26,250 nucleotides of DNA from a virus (Duplodnaviria > Caudoviricetes), in the IMG/VR virus record IMGVR_UViG_3300005805_000414, positions 1 to 26,250 of that record; one strand, 5' to 3'. The notes below the pieces were generated by a model. The model saw only the letters and a list, made by a program, of their open reading frames with translations. It was not told where the DNA came from and ran no database searches. The position numbers were made by a program, and so were the translations under genes. This document shows positions 1-8,906 of this stretch, piece by piece (position 1 is the stretch's first letter; every line of letters begins with the position of its first letter).

Positions 1-832
1 GATTGTCGCCTCTAAAATAGAAATCATACTCACCACTTTGGAAGGCAGGCGAAGTTTTAGAGAATTGTAATTCCCAACGAACTTTGCGACCAATCTTTTG
101 TTCAATGAGTTTATCTCCTACATGTATTTTTCCTTTTATTGCTTGATTATCTGATTCAGACGAAAACAATTTAATTACTGTAGACGAATAAAACTTTGTA
201 GCCTGACCACCAGTGGGCTGTTGACTAGTATACATGGCATTAATATTATTTCGTGATTGAGAAATAAGAACAAATAAGGTTGGCTTAACCTTATTATTGG
301 CATAGTTAATCATCTTCCATGCATTACTGAAATCACGAGATTCTGCCCCGATTTGTTTAGTATTTTCTAGTTGCTTTAGCTCTTCAGAGTCTTTTTCAAA
401 ATAGATGGCTGGCAACAATGATGTAATAGAATCCACAACTATTATATCTACTCCTGCTTCCATAAGATTAATTCCAACATCTACCATTTCATTAATTGTT
501 CTTGCTTGAGAAACAATCAACTTTGATGTATCTATTCCAAGCTTTTCAGCCCAGTCTTTATCGTATGACATTTCTGCATCAATCCATGCACACACCTTGC
601 CTTCTTTTTGTGCAAGACTAATCATTTGTAAACATAAAGATGACTTGGCACTAGACTTACTTCCCCAGATTAAGACCTGTCTTCCATATGGCAACCCACC
701 GTTAAGAGCACGGTTTAGACCAAAGCTTGGAGTTGCTGCGTATTCTGTCTTTGGAACAGCATCTCCTACTAAAATACTTTTTCTTAGTTTAGGATTTAAC
801 TGTGATATAACTTCTTCTATTGTTAGTGTCAT
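1..832 (-). CDS. recA: RecA-like recombinase (3' end runs off the window)
   Basis: Hand translation from ATG at 832 (TAATG overlap with the MazG stop): MTLTIEEVISQLNPKLRK...GLNRALNGGLPYGRQVLIWGSKSSAKSSLCL...CAWIDAEMSYD...LGIDTSKL...IIVVDSI...SQSR...TGGQATKFYSS. These match the RecA motifs GGLPxGR, Walker A, DAE, Walker B and TGGNALKFY. Frame is open to the window edge, so it is absent from the ORF track. Confidence 0.95.
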   Translation of the reverse strand, partial: MTLTIEEVISQLNPKLRKSILVGDAVPKTEYAATPSFGLNRALNGGLPYGRQVLIWGSKSSAKSSLCLQMISLAQKEGKVCAWIDAEMSYDKDWAEKLGIDTSKLIVSQARTINEMVDVGINLMEAGVDIIVVDSITSLLPAIYFEKDSEELKQLENTKQIGAESRDFSNAWKMINYANNKVKPTLFVLISQSRNNINAMYTSQQPTGGQATKFYSSTVIKLFSSESDNQAIKGKIHVGDKLIEQKIGRKVRWELQFSKTSPAFQSGEYDFYFRGDN

Positions 833-1149
833 TAGAATCTTACCCCATGTTTCTTTGGTCTATGTGTATTTCTTTCCATCTTTTCTTTAATAGCATAATC
901 AAGGGATTTCTTTACATACCCCGCTTCTGCAATACCAGCGTATAAATCAAGGGTACGAATAATAATATCTGCAAATTCATCTGATATCTGATCTGGATCC
1001 ATGTCTTTACGGAGTGCTTCCATAGCCTCTGATACCTCAGAAACAATCATCATCATTTGTTTTGCTACAAAAATAGGGTCCACAGTTTTATCCCAGAAAC
1101 CTTTTTCTACTGCATTCTTGTGTATTTGTTCAGCTAATTCATCAAACAT
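832..1149 (-). CDS. MazG-like nucleotide pyrophosphohydrolase
   Basis: 105 aa with EVSEAMEALRK...DEFADIIIR (ExxE...ExxD all-alpha NTP-PPase motif) and C-terminal KMERNTHRPKKHG; GGAGG Shine-Dalgarno (SD) upstream. Confidence 0.88.
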   Translation of the reverse strand: MFDELAEQIHKNAVEKGFWDKTVDPIFVAKQMMMIVSEVSEAMEALRKDMDPDQISDEFADIIIRTLDLYAGIAEAGYVKKSLDYAIKEKMERNTHRPKKHGVRF

Positions 1150-4100
1150 TTTTTACATCCTCCATTATTACAGTACCGTCTTTTGTTTTACCAAATTCAA
1201 ATCTATACACACTGCCTGCTTCAACATTCATATATGCTTTTGGAAATGCTGTTGGAAATACTGTGACTGCGTGTAATTCTCTAGCAGCATCCGCCAGCGT
1301 TAAAGATGCCATCTTCTTGCCAGCCTTAGTGGTTCTTGGCTTAAAGGAAACAACGAACATTTCATCATCCTTGTAGGGAAGCATTTTATAATTTAAAAAC
1401 TTAATCAATGGATCTTTAGAATCCTTTATTTCATCCACAGGGACTGCAGAGACAACCCTATTATCATTTGCAAGAACAATATAACTACGACCAGCCTCAA
1501 TAGCCGTACTTTCATCATCAAATATACCCACAGACCCAGTCTTGTCCAAAATTTCAATTCGTGACCATCCTTTTGATCTCTTAATTGATTTTACCATACC
1601 CATCAAAATGAATGCACCTTTTTCCTCATACTCTTCAATATCATTAATATATGCATAGTAATGTTGTGGTATTGATATATTAAACTCAGGAAGATTAAGA
1701 TACTCATATAAATTTTCTTTTACCTTCGCTGGATCTGCTGGATTATCTTGAAAGGTTAGTGCACCTATTGCATTCATTGCTTGCAGTGCACGAGAGTTTA
1801 CTCCGTTACCCTTCGTGAAAGTAAATTCTTCAACCTCTTTATACGAATTGAAAGGTCGTGCGCTAATATATCGTTCTCCAATTTTTTCGGAGATAAATTT
1901 AATTGCGCTAAGACCGAATCTAATTCCCTTACCTTCAATTTTAAAATCAATATCGGAATCATTGATGTGCGGTAGTTTAATTGATATCCCCATCCGCTTT
2001 GCCTCAATAAGGTATTCAGTTCTAGCATCTTTATCCTTTTCATTTTTTAGTAGTGCAAACATAAACTCTAGCGGGTATTGGTATTTGAGCCACGCCGTCC
2101 AATACGAGAGAGTAGAGTAAGCAACGGCATGTGATTTGTTAAACGAATATCCCGCATGTGCTTCAAAATCATGCCACAAATCAAGAGCATCATTAGGAGC
2201 AATATACTTAGACGCACCCTTAATGAACCTATCTTTAAACTCATCAAACTCCTTTGCATCTTTTTTCTTACCAATAATCTTACGCACCTTGTCAGCCTCT
2301 GCCATTGTCATACCGCCAAGTTCAACGCAGGCCTGCATAACCTGCTCCTGATACAAAATACAACCATAGGTTTCTTGTGTAAAAGGTTTTAAAATTTGAT
2401 GTAGATAATTGATATTTTGTCTACCATGTTTACGAGCAACATAGTCTTTACCAATCGTATTCATAGCACCTGGACGAACAAGAGCATTAGAAGCAGCAAG
2501 TTCTGCTAAATTTTTAACACCCATCTTTACTAGAAGATTAGTATATGGTGTAGCTTCGCACTGAAACACACCCTTTGTATATCCATCAGACAACATTTGA
2601 TAAACATTTTTATCTTCCATATCAATATTAATAAGATCTATCTTCTTGCCGTGTCTATCTTCAATAATATCAAGTGTGTCTTTAAGAACACTAAGAGTTT
2701 TTAATCCAAGGGCATCAATCTTAATAAGTCCAATTCTTTCTGCTTCTTCCATGTCTACCGCCACAACTGGCATACGATCATCTGATCCAGTTACGCTTCT
2801 AGTTTCTAATGGAGCATACTTAAAGATAGGCTCCTTGCTGGTAACCACTCCAGCAGCGTGTATTCCTGTTCCACGAATACGACCACGTAATTTGTCGCCG
2901 AGGGCTACAACCTCTGGATATTTATCACGAAACCATTCTGCATTTCTTGATGTACAAAAATCATCCCATGTATCTACTGTCTTTAAAACCTTGTTAACAT
3001 CTGGCAAGGGAATATTTAATGAGCGAGCAACATCTCTTACTACACCCTTATCTTTAAATTCTAAAAATGTAGCAATGGAAGCAACATGGCGATATTGTCT
3101 AACTAAATAATTTTTTACTTCGTCACGACGTGAGTCCTGAATATCTGAGTCAATATCAGGGAAGTCATTGCGCTCAGGATTAATAAATCGAAAAAACAAA
3201 AGCCCATGTTTAATTGGATCAATGTCAGTAATGCCGATTGCATAACACAGCAATGAGCCAGCAGAAGATCCGCGACCTGGACCAACCATAATGTCTTCTT
3301 TCTTTGCCCAATTAAGCATATTCATAACTACTAAAAAATATGGCTCAAAGTTTTTTTCTCCAATAATTTTTAGCTCTTCATCAAGTCGATTTAGATAATC
3401 TTTATTAGTATCTAAGCCACGTTCTTTTAATCCTTCAATAGCAAGCTTACGCAGCTCTTCTCCTGGTTTTCTATATTGAACAGGTAGCAAATTAAGACCA
3501 GATTTAATATCATAGTCTTCTATCTTATTCATAATCTCATTAGTACTATTAAACATTTCTTCATTGTCTATACCCTGTTTTGCCATGCAATCTTTCATCT
3601 CTTGATATGAAAGCAAATGTATATCAAAAGAACGGAATGACATTTGACGATCTGCACCATATAGATAGTCAAGCCTATCCATCATATCCTTGTGCTTTTT
3701 AGACTTTTCGTATGTAACATCCTTCTGCAATTTTGCATGGGTATTTAAAATAAGCATAAGCTCTTGAATTTCTTTTTGGCTGGTATCTGAATGGTGGCAG
3801 TCTGGTGTAACGACAATCTTTATCCCCATAGATTTTGCTAAATTAATTAATCCTTTATTTACCTTTTCAGGGTTATGTGGCATTACCTCAATATAGTAAT
3901 CATCACCAAATTTTTCTTTAAACCATGCTACGTGCTTCTTTGCTATTGCAAGTTCATCTAATTCTACCGCCTTGGCTATCCAGCCACTAAGGCAGGCAGA
4001 TGTAACAATAATGCCTTCTTTATATTTTGCAAGTGTTTCAAAATCAAACCTTGGCTTACTAAAAAATCCTTCAGTCCAAGCAATTTCATTTATCTTATTA

Positions 4101-4417
4101 AGATTTTCTAATCCTTGTTGGTTCTTGGCAAGAAGGACAATGTGATGATAATTTTGATCAAGTGGGTCAGTGCGATCTGCCTTTGCCCTCTTATCAGCCA
4201 TATCTGTTGTCATATAGCCTTCTATGCCAAGAATTGGCTTAATGCCTGCTTCCTTCGCAATACGATACATCTCACGATGACCCGAAAGAGTTCCATGATC
4301 TGTGATAGCAATTGCTTGCATACCAAGCTCAACGGCTCTATTTACATATTCCTGCGGAGTTGCCACACCATCCATTAGAGAATAATGAGTGTGGACATGA
4401 AGCCCAACGTAATTCAT
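1142..4417 (-). CDS. dnaE: DNA polymerase III alpha subunit (C-family, DnaE-type)
   Basis: 1091 aa; PHP motifs HVHTHYSLMDG, TDHG, GIEGY, SACLSG, PDCHH; polymerase motifs GRGSSAGS, PDIDSD, GIHAAGVV, KIDALGL, GVFQ, YSFNKSHAVAY; C-terminal OB-like segments. No intein seen. Confidence 0.97.
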   Translation of the reverse strand: MNYVGLHVHTHYSLMDGVATPQEYVNRAVELGMQAIAITDHGTLSGHREMYRIAKEAGIKPILGIEGYMTTDMADKRAKADRTDPLDQNYHHIVLLAKNQQGLENLNKINEIAWTEGFFSKPRFDFETLAKYKEGIIVTSACLSGWIAKAVELDELAIAKKHVAWFKEKFGDDYYIEVMPHNPEKVNKGLINLAKSMGIKIVVTPDCHHSDTSQKEIQELMLILNTHAKLQKDVTYEKSKKHKDMMDRLDYLYGADRQMSFRSFDIHLLSYQEMKDCMAKQGIDNEEMFNSTNEIMNKIEDYDIKSGLNLLPVQYRKPGEELRKLAIEGLKERGLDTNKDYLNRLDEELKIIGEKNFEPYFLVVMNMLNWAKKEDIMVGPGRGSSAGSLLCYAIGITDIDPIKHGLLFFRFINPERNDFPDIDSDIQDSRRDEVKNYLVRQYRHVASIATFLEFKDKGVVRDVARSLNIPLPDVNKVLKTVDTWDDFCTSRNAEWFRDKYPEVVALGDKLRGRIRGTGIHAAGVVTSKEPIFKYAPLETRSVTGSDDRMPVVAVDMEEAERIGLIKIDALGLKTLSVLKDTLDIIEDRHGKKIDLINIDMEDKNVYQMLSDGYTKGVFQCEATPYTNLLVKMGVKNLAELAASNALVRPGAMNTIGKDYVARKHGRQNINYLHQILKPFTQETYGCILYQEQVMQACVELGGMTMAEADKVRKIIGKKKDAKEFDEFKDRFIKGASKYIAPNDALDLWHDFEAHAGYSFNKSHAVAYSTLSYWTAWLKYQYPLEFMFALLKNEKDKDARTEYLIEAKRMGISIKLPHINDSDIDFKIEGKGIRFGLSAIKFISEKIGERYISARPFNSYKEVEEFTFTKGNGVNSRALQAMNAIGALTFQDNPADPAKVKENLYEYLNLPEFNISIPQHYYAYINDIEEYEEKGAFILMGMVKSIKRSKGWSRIEILDKTGSVGIFDDESTAIEAGRSYIVLANDNRVVSAVPVDEIKDSKDPLIKFLNYKMLPYKDDEMFVVSFKPRTTKAGKKMASLTLADAARELHAVTVFPTAFPKAYMNVEAGSVYRFEFGKTKDGTVIMEDVKNV

Positions 4418-4420
4418 CTA

Positions 4421-5074
4421 TTACCAATCAATGTTGGTAGCAGTGGTTGATGGAGTATCAAATCCAAAATAAAATGCTTCTTGCTCTGGATATGGAACTT
4501 CTCGCACAACCTTTTCTAGATTAAAGTATTCTTTACCTTCCCATTTATATGGTTCAGTATCTGGTGTAGATGGAATAAGAGTATAGTTTGTTTCAGTACC
4601 CTGTCCATTACGCTTTAGCTTCCATGTAATGTTTGAAATGCTTCCTGTTTCAAGAGCATATTCACGAATTGTATTGAATGCAGATTGCTTGCTGATACCT
4701 TGTGACCATACTGCAATATATGGCTCTTCAGTACCGTCGTCAACCAATACATTTGTATAGAAACGAAGACGTGCTCGCCATCCGCTCTTTGGCTCTTTAC
4801 GTGCCATCTCGCAACCAAAGCAACGTCCCTCAGACTCCTGAGTACATGCTGCCTTGCGCTTATAGTCTTTTGGATTTGTGTGTTCTGAAACGACAACTGC
4901 AAGACCACGGTCCTCATTATAATTTGCTGAGTCAGAATCTAGTTCGTTAACAAAACGAATCTTTGCTGCTTGTCCGTCAGCTAATTTTACCCAACGAACC
5001 TTTGTTCCTGTGCTTTCATATTTTGGCTTTTCAACTAATGCGTTGATGTTCTTAAGCCCTTTTACTATAGTCAT
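4421..5074 (-). CDS. single-stranded DNA-binding protein, T4 gp32-like
   Basis: 217 aa; KIRF motif, H...C...CxxC zinc-ligand pattern (EHTN...AACTQESEGRCFGC), KLKRNGQGTETNY; lies between primase and polymerase; AGGAG SD. Confidence 0.75.
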   Translation of the reverse strand: MTIVKGLKNINALVEKPKYESTGTKVRWVKLADGQAAKIRFVNELDSDSANYNEDRGLAVVVSEHTNPKDYKRKAACTQESEGRCFGCEMARKEPKSGWRARLRFYTNVLVDDGTEEPYIAVWSQGISKQSAFNTIREYALETGSISNITWKLKRNGQGTETNYTLIPSTPDTEPYKWEGKEYFNLEKVVREVPYPEQEAFYFGFDTPSTTATNIDW

Positions 5075-5096
5075 TTTTCTCCTTATATAAGTTTTT

Positions 5097-6029
5097 CTAT
5101 TTTAGCATAGCAATGATAGAGTTGTCAAATGAGTATTCAAGTTGTCTAATAGCATCATCATTCATATCACCAATGTCTTTATATTGTTTATCTAATTTGA
5201 TTACTGTTACTAGTGACCCTAATTTCTCAGTTAGGCGGTCAGCCATAATTGAGCCAGCTTCATCATTATCTGCTACAAGTACAACATTTGTGAAGTACCT
5301 TTCTAATAATTTCATCTGGCTTGATGAAACGTTAGCCCCCAGCGTAGCAACTGCGGGTAAACCTACTTGATCTAATCTAATTGCATCAAAAGATGACTCT
5401 ACTACATATACAGTAGTAGATGATTTTACTCTATGCAAATTAAAAAGTATTTTGCTCTTAGGCAATCCTGGAGTATTTTTAAATTCTTTTTTCTCTACTG
5501 TTCTTGCGACAAATCCAATACACATTCCGTCTGGAGAGTGCATAGGCACAATAACTGAATCTTGTTTTTCAGAATATCCTAAATCAAATTTAATCATTGA
5601 TTCTTTTGTAATTTTACGACCTTCAAAATATGAAGTTGCTCTTGGACTGTCGGTTGCCTGTTTGGCAAGTCTCTTTATCAATAGTTCGTCATACTGAACA
5701 AAATCTGGAGCAGCATAAAGAGCTTTATTTACCACATCTTCTAGATTAGTTTCAACCTCTTTACTTTTAATAAACCTGATAGCCTCAAAATAAGATCTAC
5801 CAGTCATGTGCATCATTAACTCAACAAGATTTTTTGTAGTCTGACAACCAAAACAAAAAAATAGGCCAGACTCCTTAGAAACTTCTCCTGCTGGTGTTCT
5901 GTTATTATTATGATAGGGACAAAAGATTATATAGTCAGTTCCATATTCTGCTTCTATATCTATACCAGCACCAGTAAGTATTCTTTGTATTTGCTGAGCC
6001 GTATATATGTCGTTACTTTTTGTCTTCAT
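5097..6029 (-). CDS. DnaG-like DNA primase (CHC2 Zn finger + TOPRIM)
   Basis: CPYH...CFGC zinc finger, GFVAR, LFNLH, VVESSFDA, ADNDEAG, KDIGD. ATG at 6029 preferred over the TTG at 6059 used by the ORF track. Confidence 0.93.
   Translation of the reverse strand: MKTKSNDIYTAQQIQRILTGAGIDIEAEYGTDYIIFCPYHNNNRTPAGEVSKESGLFFCFGCQTTKNLVELMMHMTGRSYFEAIRFIKSKEVETNLEDVVNKALYAAPDFVQYDELLIKRLAKQATDSPRATSYFEGRKITKESMIKFDLGYSEKQDSVIVPMHSPDGMCIGFVARTVEKKEFKNTPGLPKSKILFNLHRVKSSTTVYVVESSFDAIRLDQVGLPAVATLGANVSSSQMKLLERYFTNVVLVADNDEAGSIMADRLTEKLGSLVTVIKLDKQYKDIGDMNDDAIRQLEYSFDNSIIAMLK
5099..5107 (-). promoter_or_regulatory. extended -10 promoter for SSB-dnaE-mazG-recA
   Basis: TGCTAAAAT overlapping the last primase codons, followed by AAGGAG SD. 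Confidence 0.6.
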
Positions 6030-7236
6030 AATCCTTATACCTGTAATAACCCTTGTCAAAATCTACCTGTACTAAAAAGTCTCCCATAAATCCGTTACGA
6101 TTTTTTCTAAATGCACACTCAATTATATCACTGTTGGCTGCCCGACCAAGTGCTAAAACCCAATCTGCATCATACGCTATTTGTCTTGACCATGCGGTTT
6201 GCCCTAGAGTTGGTACCGTGTTTAAATTAGTAACATCGTCTGGCGTGGCTGATGATATGGCAATGATAGGAACTTCTTCGCCAATAGACATAAGCTTTAA
6301 CTCACGAGAAAGATTTTTCATTCGTACCGTTTCGTTGTCAGACTTTTGATTTGGCGCCATAAGTTGCAGATAATCTACAATTACAAAATCTGGACGGTAT
6401 TGATCAATCTTTCCACGAACAACGGATGGAGTAATTTCACCACCACTATCATTTGAAATAATATGAAATGGTGGCTTACCAGAAATCTTATTCTCATGCC
6501 ACTTCTTAAGCATATCTATTTCAATATCTCCATTTGAAATCTTTCTATGTGACCAAAGACCTTCGCCCATAATCGCAAATACACGATTACGAACTTCTGT
6601 CTCTGACATTTCAAGACTTATAATCATTGGTGTCTTGCCCTGTTTCCATGCCTGTACGGCAAAGTAAAGAGCAAGCCAGGATTTGCCAATACCTGGATAT
6701 GCTAGGAAAATCCCCAATTGACCTGGCATAATTCCTGAAGGCAGATAGTTGTCAAACCCTGGCAAGCCTGTTTTAATTCCAATCTTGCCTAACTCTTGCT
6801 GCTTCTTTACATTTTCAAAATATGTAATTGCGGATTGAATATCAGTTGCATCAATATCACGAATAGCAGATGTATTCTTTTTTAATTCGGAAGTCTTTGT
6901 GATTAATTGTTCTAATGCCTTAACACCCTGCCCACCCTGAACCTCTGTTGCTGCATTACGAATAATATCTTTAAGGCTATCATTTAAGTAATCTGCCTGT
7001 AATTCTTCAAGATGATGCTTTGTTGCCCCTACCCCAGCAACTGGAATAAAGTCCCTAAACTTCTCAACTACCAGAGCAATTGGAGGCACGGTGCCATTTG
7101 TTTCTGCATAGCGTTTAATGAAGTTCCATACATCATTGTGTGTTCGCAAAACAGAGTCTATGTTGGCCTGTAACAGTACATGAACCTGTTTATCTTCAAG
7201 TACTGCTGATATTAACTTTGCTTCTGAATTACTCAC
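6013..7236 (-). CDS. DnaB-like replicative helicase
   Basis: 407 aa; GIKTGLPGFD, Walker A AYPGIGKS, SLEMS, Walker B IVDYLQLM, LSRELKLMS, YDAD, KNRNG. Confidence 0.94.
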   Translation of the reverse strand: MSNSEAKLISAVLEDKQVHVLLQANIDSVLRTHNDVWNFIKRYAETNGTVPPIALVVEKFRDFIPVAGVGATKHHLEELQADYLNDSLKDIIRNAATEVQGGQGVKALEQLITKTSELKKNTSAIRDIDATDIQSAITYFENVKKQQELGKIGIKTGLPGFDNYLPSGIMPGQLGIFLAYPGIGKSWLALYFAVQAWKQGKTPMIISLEMSETEVRNRVFAIMGEGLWSHRKISNGDIEIDMLKKWHENKISGKPPFHIISNDSGGEITPSVVRGKIDQYRPDFVIVDYLQLMAPNQKSDNETVRMKNLSRELKLMSIGEEVPIIAISSATPDDVTNLNTVPTLGQTAWSRQIAYDADWVLALGRAANSDIIECAFRKNRNGFMGDFLVQVDFDKGYYRYKDYEDKK

Positions 7237-7537
7237 TTAACCACTCCCTAGCCAATTTTCTACGCTCTGCTCTATCAATTAAATCTTTTTCTACTGCATC
7301 CCTGCCATTAATAATTTGCTGTGCATTATATGCAAAAAAGTTCCAAGAAGGGTTTTGAGATACCTCAAAATAATAATCCAATAAATCATAACAAGCGCTA
7401 AGCCCATAAGACTCTATTAAGGCATCTGATGCCCACTGCTCAACATTGAGATTGAGATTAGACTTTTGTTCGTATCTCTGCAAATGAAGTTTATTGTAGC
7501 GACTGAGCAAAGCCATTCGTTCTTTGCGATCAGCCAT
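7229..7537 (-). CDS. hypothetical helical protein coupled to the helicase
   Basis: 102-aa ORF filling the gap between neighbours; overlaps the helicase start by 8 nt. Confidence 0.8.
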   Translation of the reverse strand: MADRKERMALLSRYNKLHLQRYEQKSNLNLNVEQWASDALIESYGLSACYDLLDYYFEVSQNPSWNFFAYNAQQIINGRDAVEKDLIDRAERRKLAREWLSE

Positions 7538-7539
7538 TA

Positions 7540-7752
7540 TTATTCCTCAGTTAGCGCTAGTTTTGCTTCTTGAACCTTTTCTACAACCTTAGCTTCAATA
7601 AAATCATATACACGATCCATAGCTTCGTTAGTATTCTCGCCTTCACGAACATGGTCAACTACACCAAGATCTACTCTCAAGGATTGAAAATTACCAAGAT
7701 TAAGCGTGTACCCCAATGTTACGGATACCTTTGTTTCATTACGTTCTTCCAC
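7540..7752 (-). CDS. small phage hypothetical protein (TLNLGNFQS motif)
   Basis: Start probably GTG at 7752, 5 nt after AAGGAGG; the ORF-track ATG at 7767 lies upstream of that SD. Pattern suggests a beta-hairpin plus C-terminal helix. Confidence 0.8.
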   Translation of the reverse strand: MEERNETKVSVTLGYTLNLGNFQSLRVDLGVVDHVREGENTNEAMDRVYDFIEAKVVEKVQEAKLALTEE

Positions 7753-7770
7753 CACTGCCTCCTTCATAGG

Positions 7771-8316
7771 CTAATTAATGCTCTCTCCCCAAACAGGTAT
7801 AAACCTGCCGTCTTCAGTTTTTGTATACATTAGTATACCATCACCAGTTCTACGTGTCAACTCTTGTGAAGTTGGTGTTTGATTATTTGTTATTAAATTA
7901 TCTTTTCTTGGTCTACCAATATGTATACTTGCCAGTATATCACGAATCTCTTTTAATTGCGATTCAGAGTAGTATGCTCTTACTTGCCACTCTCGTGTAC
8001 CGCCAACCTGTGCTCCAACAGGTGGAGGAATTATTCCACGCTTAATTAAAGATGGAAAATATTTACGATGCCTGTTGACAAGTCGTGCAGTTTCTGATAC
8101 AGTATATGCTTTTTCTCTATTTTTTCTAAAGTCAGTTCTTAAACAAGACTCTAGCCTATCTTTTGTAATATTATAAACAGAAACTATGCCAGTTGATCTA
8201 GAGCTATGATGCAATCTCACCAAGTCGCCATTTAAAAACCAAATAGTTTGGTTTCCTTTAATTACAGGCTGGCTATTGTATTCTTTGCTCTCAAGATCTC
8301 TTTTTCTAACAACCAT
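7771..8316 (-). CDS. MerR/excisionase-type helix-turn-helix DNA-binding protein
   Basis: YTVSETARLVNRHRKYFPSLIKRGIIPPP...RAYYSESQLKEIR fits the MerR/Xis winged-HTH pattern, with extra N- and C-terminal segments. Confidence 0.72.
   Translation of the reverse strand: MVVRKRDLESKEYNSQPVIKGNQTIWFLNGDLVRLHHSSRSTGIVSVYNITKDRLESCLRTDFRKNREKAYTVSETARLVNRHRKYFPSLIKRGIIPPPVGAQVGGTREWQVRAYYSESQLKEIRDILASIHIGRPRKDNLITNNQTPTSQELTRRTGDGILMYTKTEDGRFIPVWGESIN
7832..7840 (-). promoter_or_regulatory. possible extended -10 promoter for the helicase/primase block
   Basis: TGGTATACT inside the 3' end of the HTH gene, about 80 nt upstream of the 7752 start. Confidence 0.4.
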
Positions 8317-8453
8317 GATCCCTCTTTGCTATTTGATGGGGGGTGAAAAAAATTTCTTTTACCGCAAGACATACAGTATAATTCTAAATGAGAAACACTA
8401 GAATACTGTCTATCAAGAAACATCCTACCCCTACATTTGCTACAAAAAATCAT
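8262..8453 (-). CDS. small zinc-ribbon protein
   Basis: 63 aa with CSKCRGRM...YCMSCG (two CxxC pairs); overlaps the HTH gene by 55 nt. Confidence 0.75.
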   Translation of the reverse strand: MIFCSKCRGRMFLDRQYSSVSHLELYCMSCGKRNFFHPPSNSKEGSWLLEKEILRAKNTIASL

Positions 8454-8465
8454 TATTATATTTGC

Positions 8466-8906
8466 TTATGATGGAATACCAACCATTAATAAATGAATAC
8501 CAATGGAGACATTTCCTGGAGAGTTTAATTTAACAACACCCTCAACACGAGAGTTTGTAACTAGTCTTAAAACAACATTTACATCACGGCCAGATGGCGT
8601 ATCTCCGATGTTTACAGGAGTTGCACTAACTATTGGTGGAAACTTAAATCTAGAAAAGCTATAGCTAAATGGTATTTCGTTAGTAGGGTTTACAGTTGTA
8701 TTGTTTGTTACTTCTGTATACCCTCCGACCACTCTGGCTTCAGAGGTTTTTATATTTTGAGTTCCTGCGCTAACAGTATCTATTGTTGTATAGTTATAGG
8801 TTGCTGATGAAACCTGCGAAGATAGGTCATTAACAGCATCTGCTATCTGGTAAATATAAGTAACATCAAGAGGCTGTCCTCTTTGTGGTAAAGGTATTTT
8901 TGCCAT
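8466..8906 (-). CDS. small tail-tip protein with an H-type-lectin/gp53-like C-terminal domain (possible receptor binding)
   Basis: 146 aa; C-terminal F.YSF..F..PPIV...V.V....T......I....VG pattern resembles H-type-lectin-like tail fibre domains; last gene of the tail block; GGGAG SD. Confidence 0.55.
   Translation of the reverse strand: MAKIPLPQRGQPLDVTYIYQIADAVNDLSSQVSSATYNYTTIDTVSAGTQNIKTSEARVVGGYTEVTNNTTVNPTNEIPFSYSFSRFKFPPIVSATPVNIGDTPSGRDVNVVLRLVTNSRVEGVVKLNSPGNVSIGIHLLMVGIPS

Noticed and set aside
832-1149. MazG as evidence for a modified-base (e.g. 2-aminoadenine) genome
   Set aside because: No PurZ, dATPase or other modification genes in the window; MazG-like genes are common in phages.
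3635-3650. QMSF in DnaE as a relocated clamp-binding motif
   Set aside because: It aligns with the ordinary R.RF....YLKS.EEM segment at the end of the PHP domain, so it is probably coincidental.
8455-8460. TATAAT upstream of the Zn-ribbon gene
   Set aside because: Only 1 nt from the ATG and without the TG extension; too close to serve that start.
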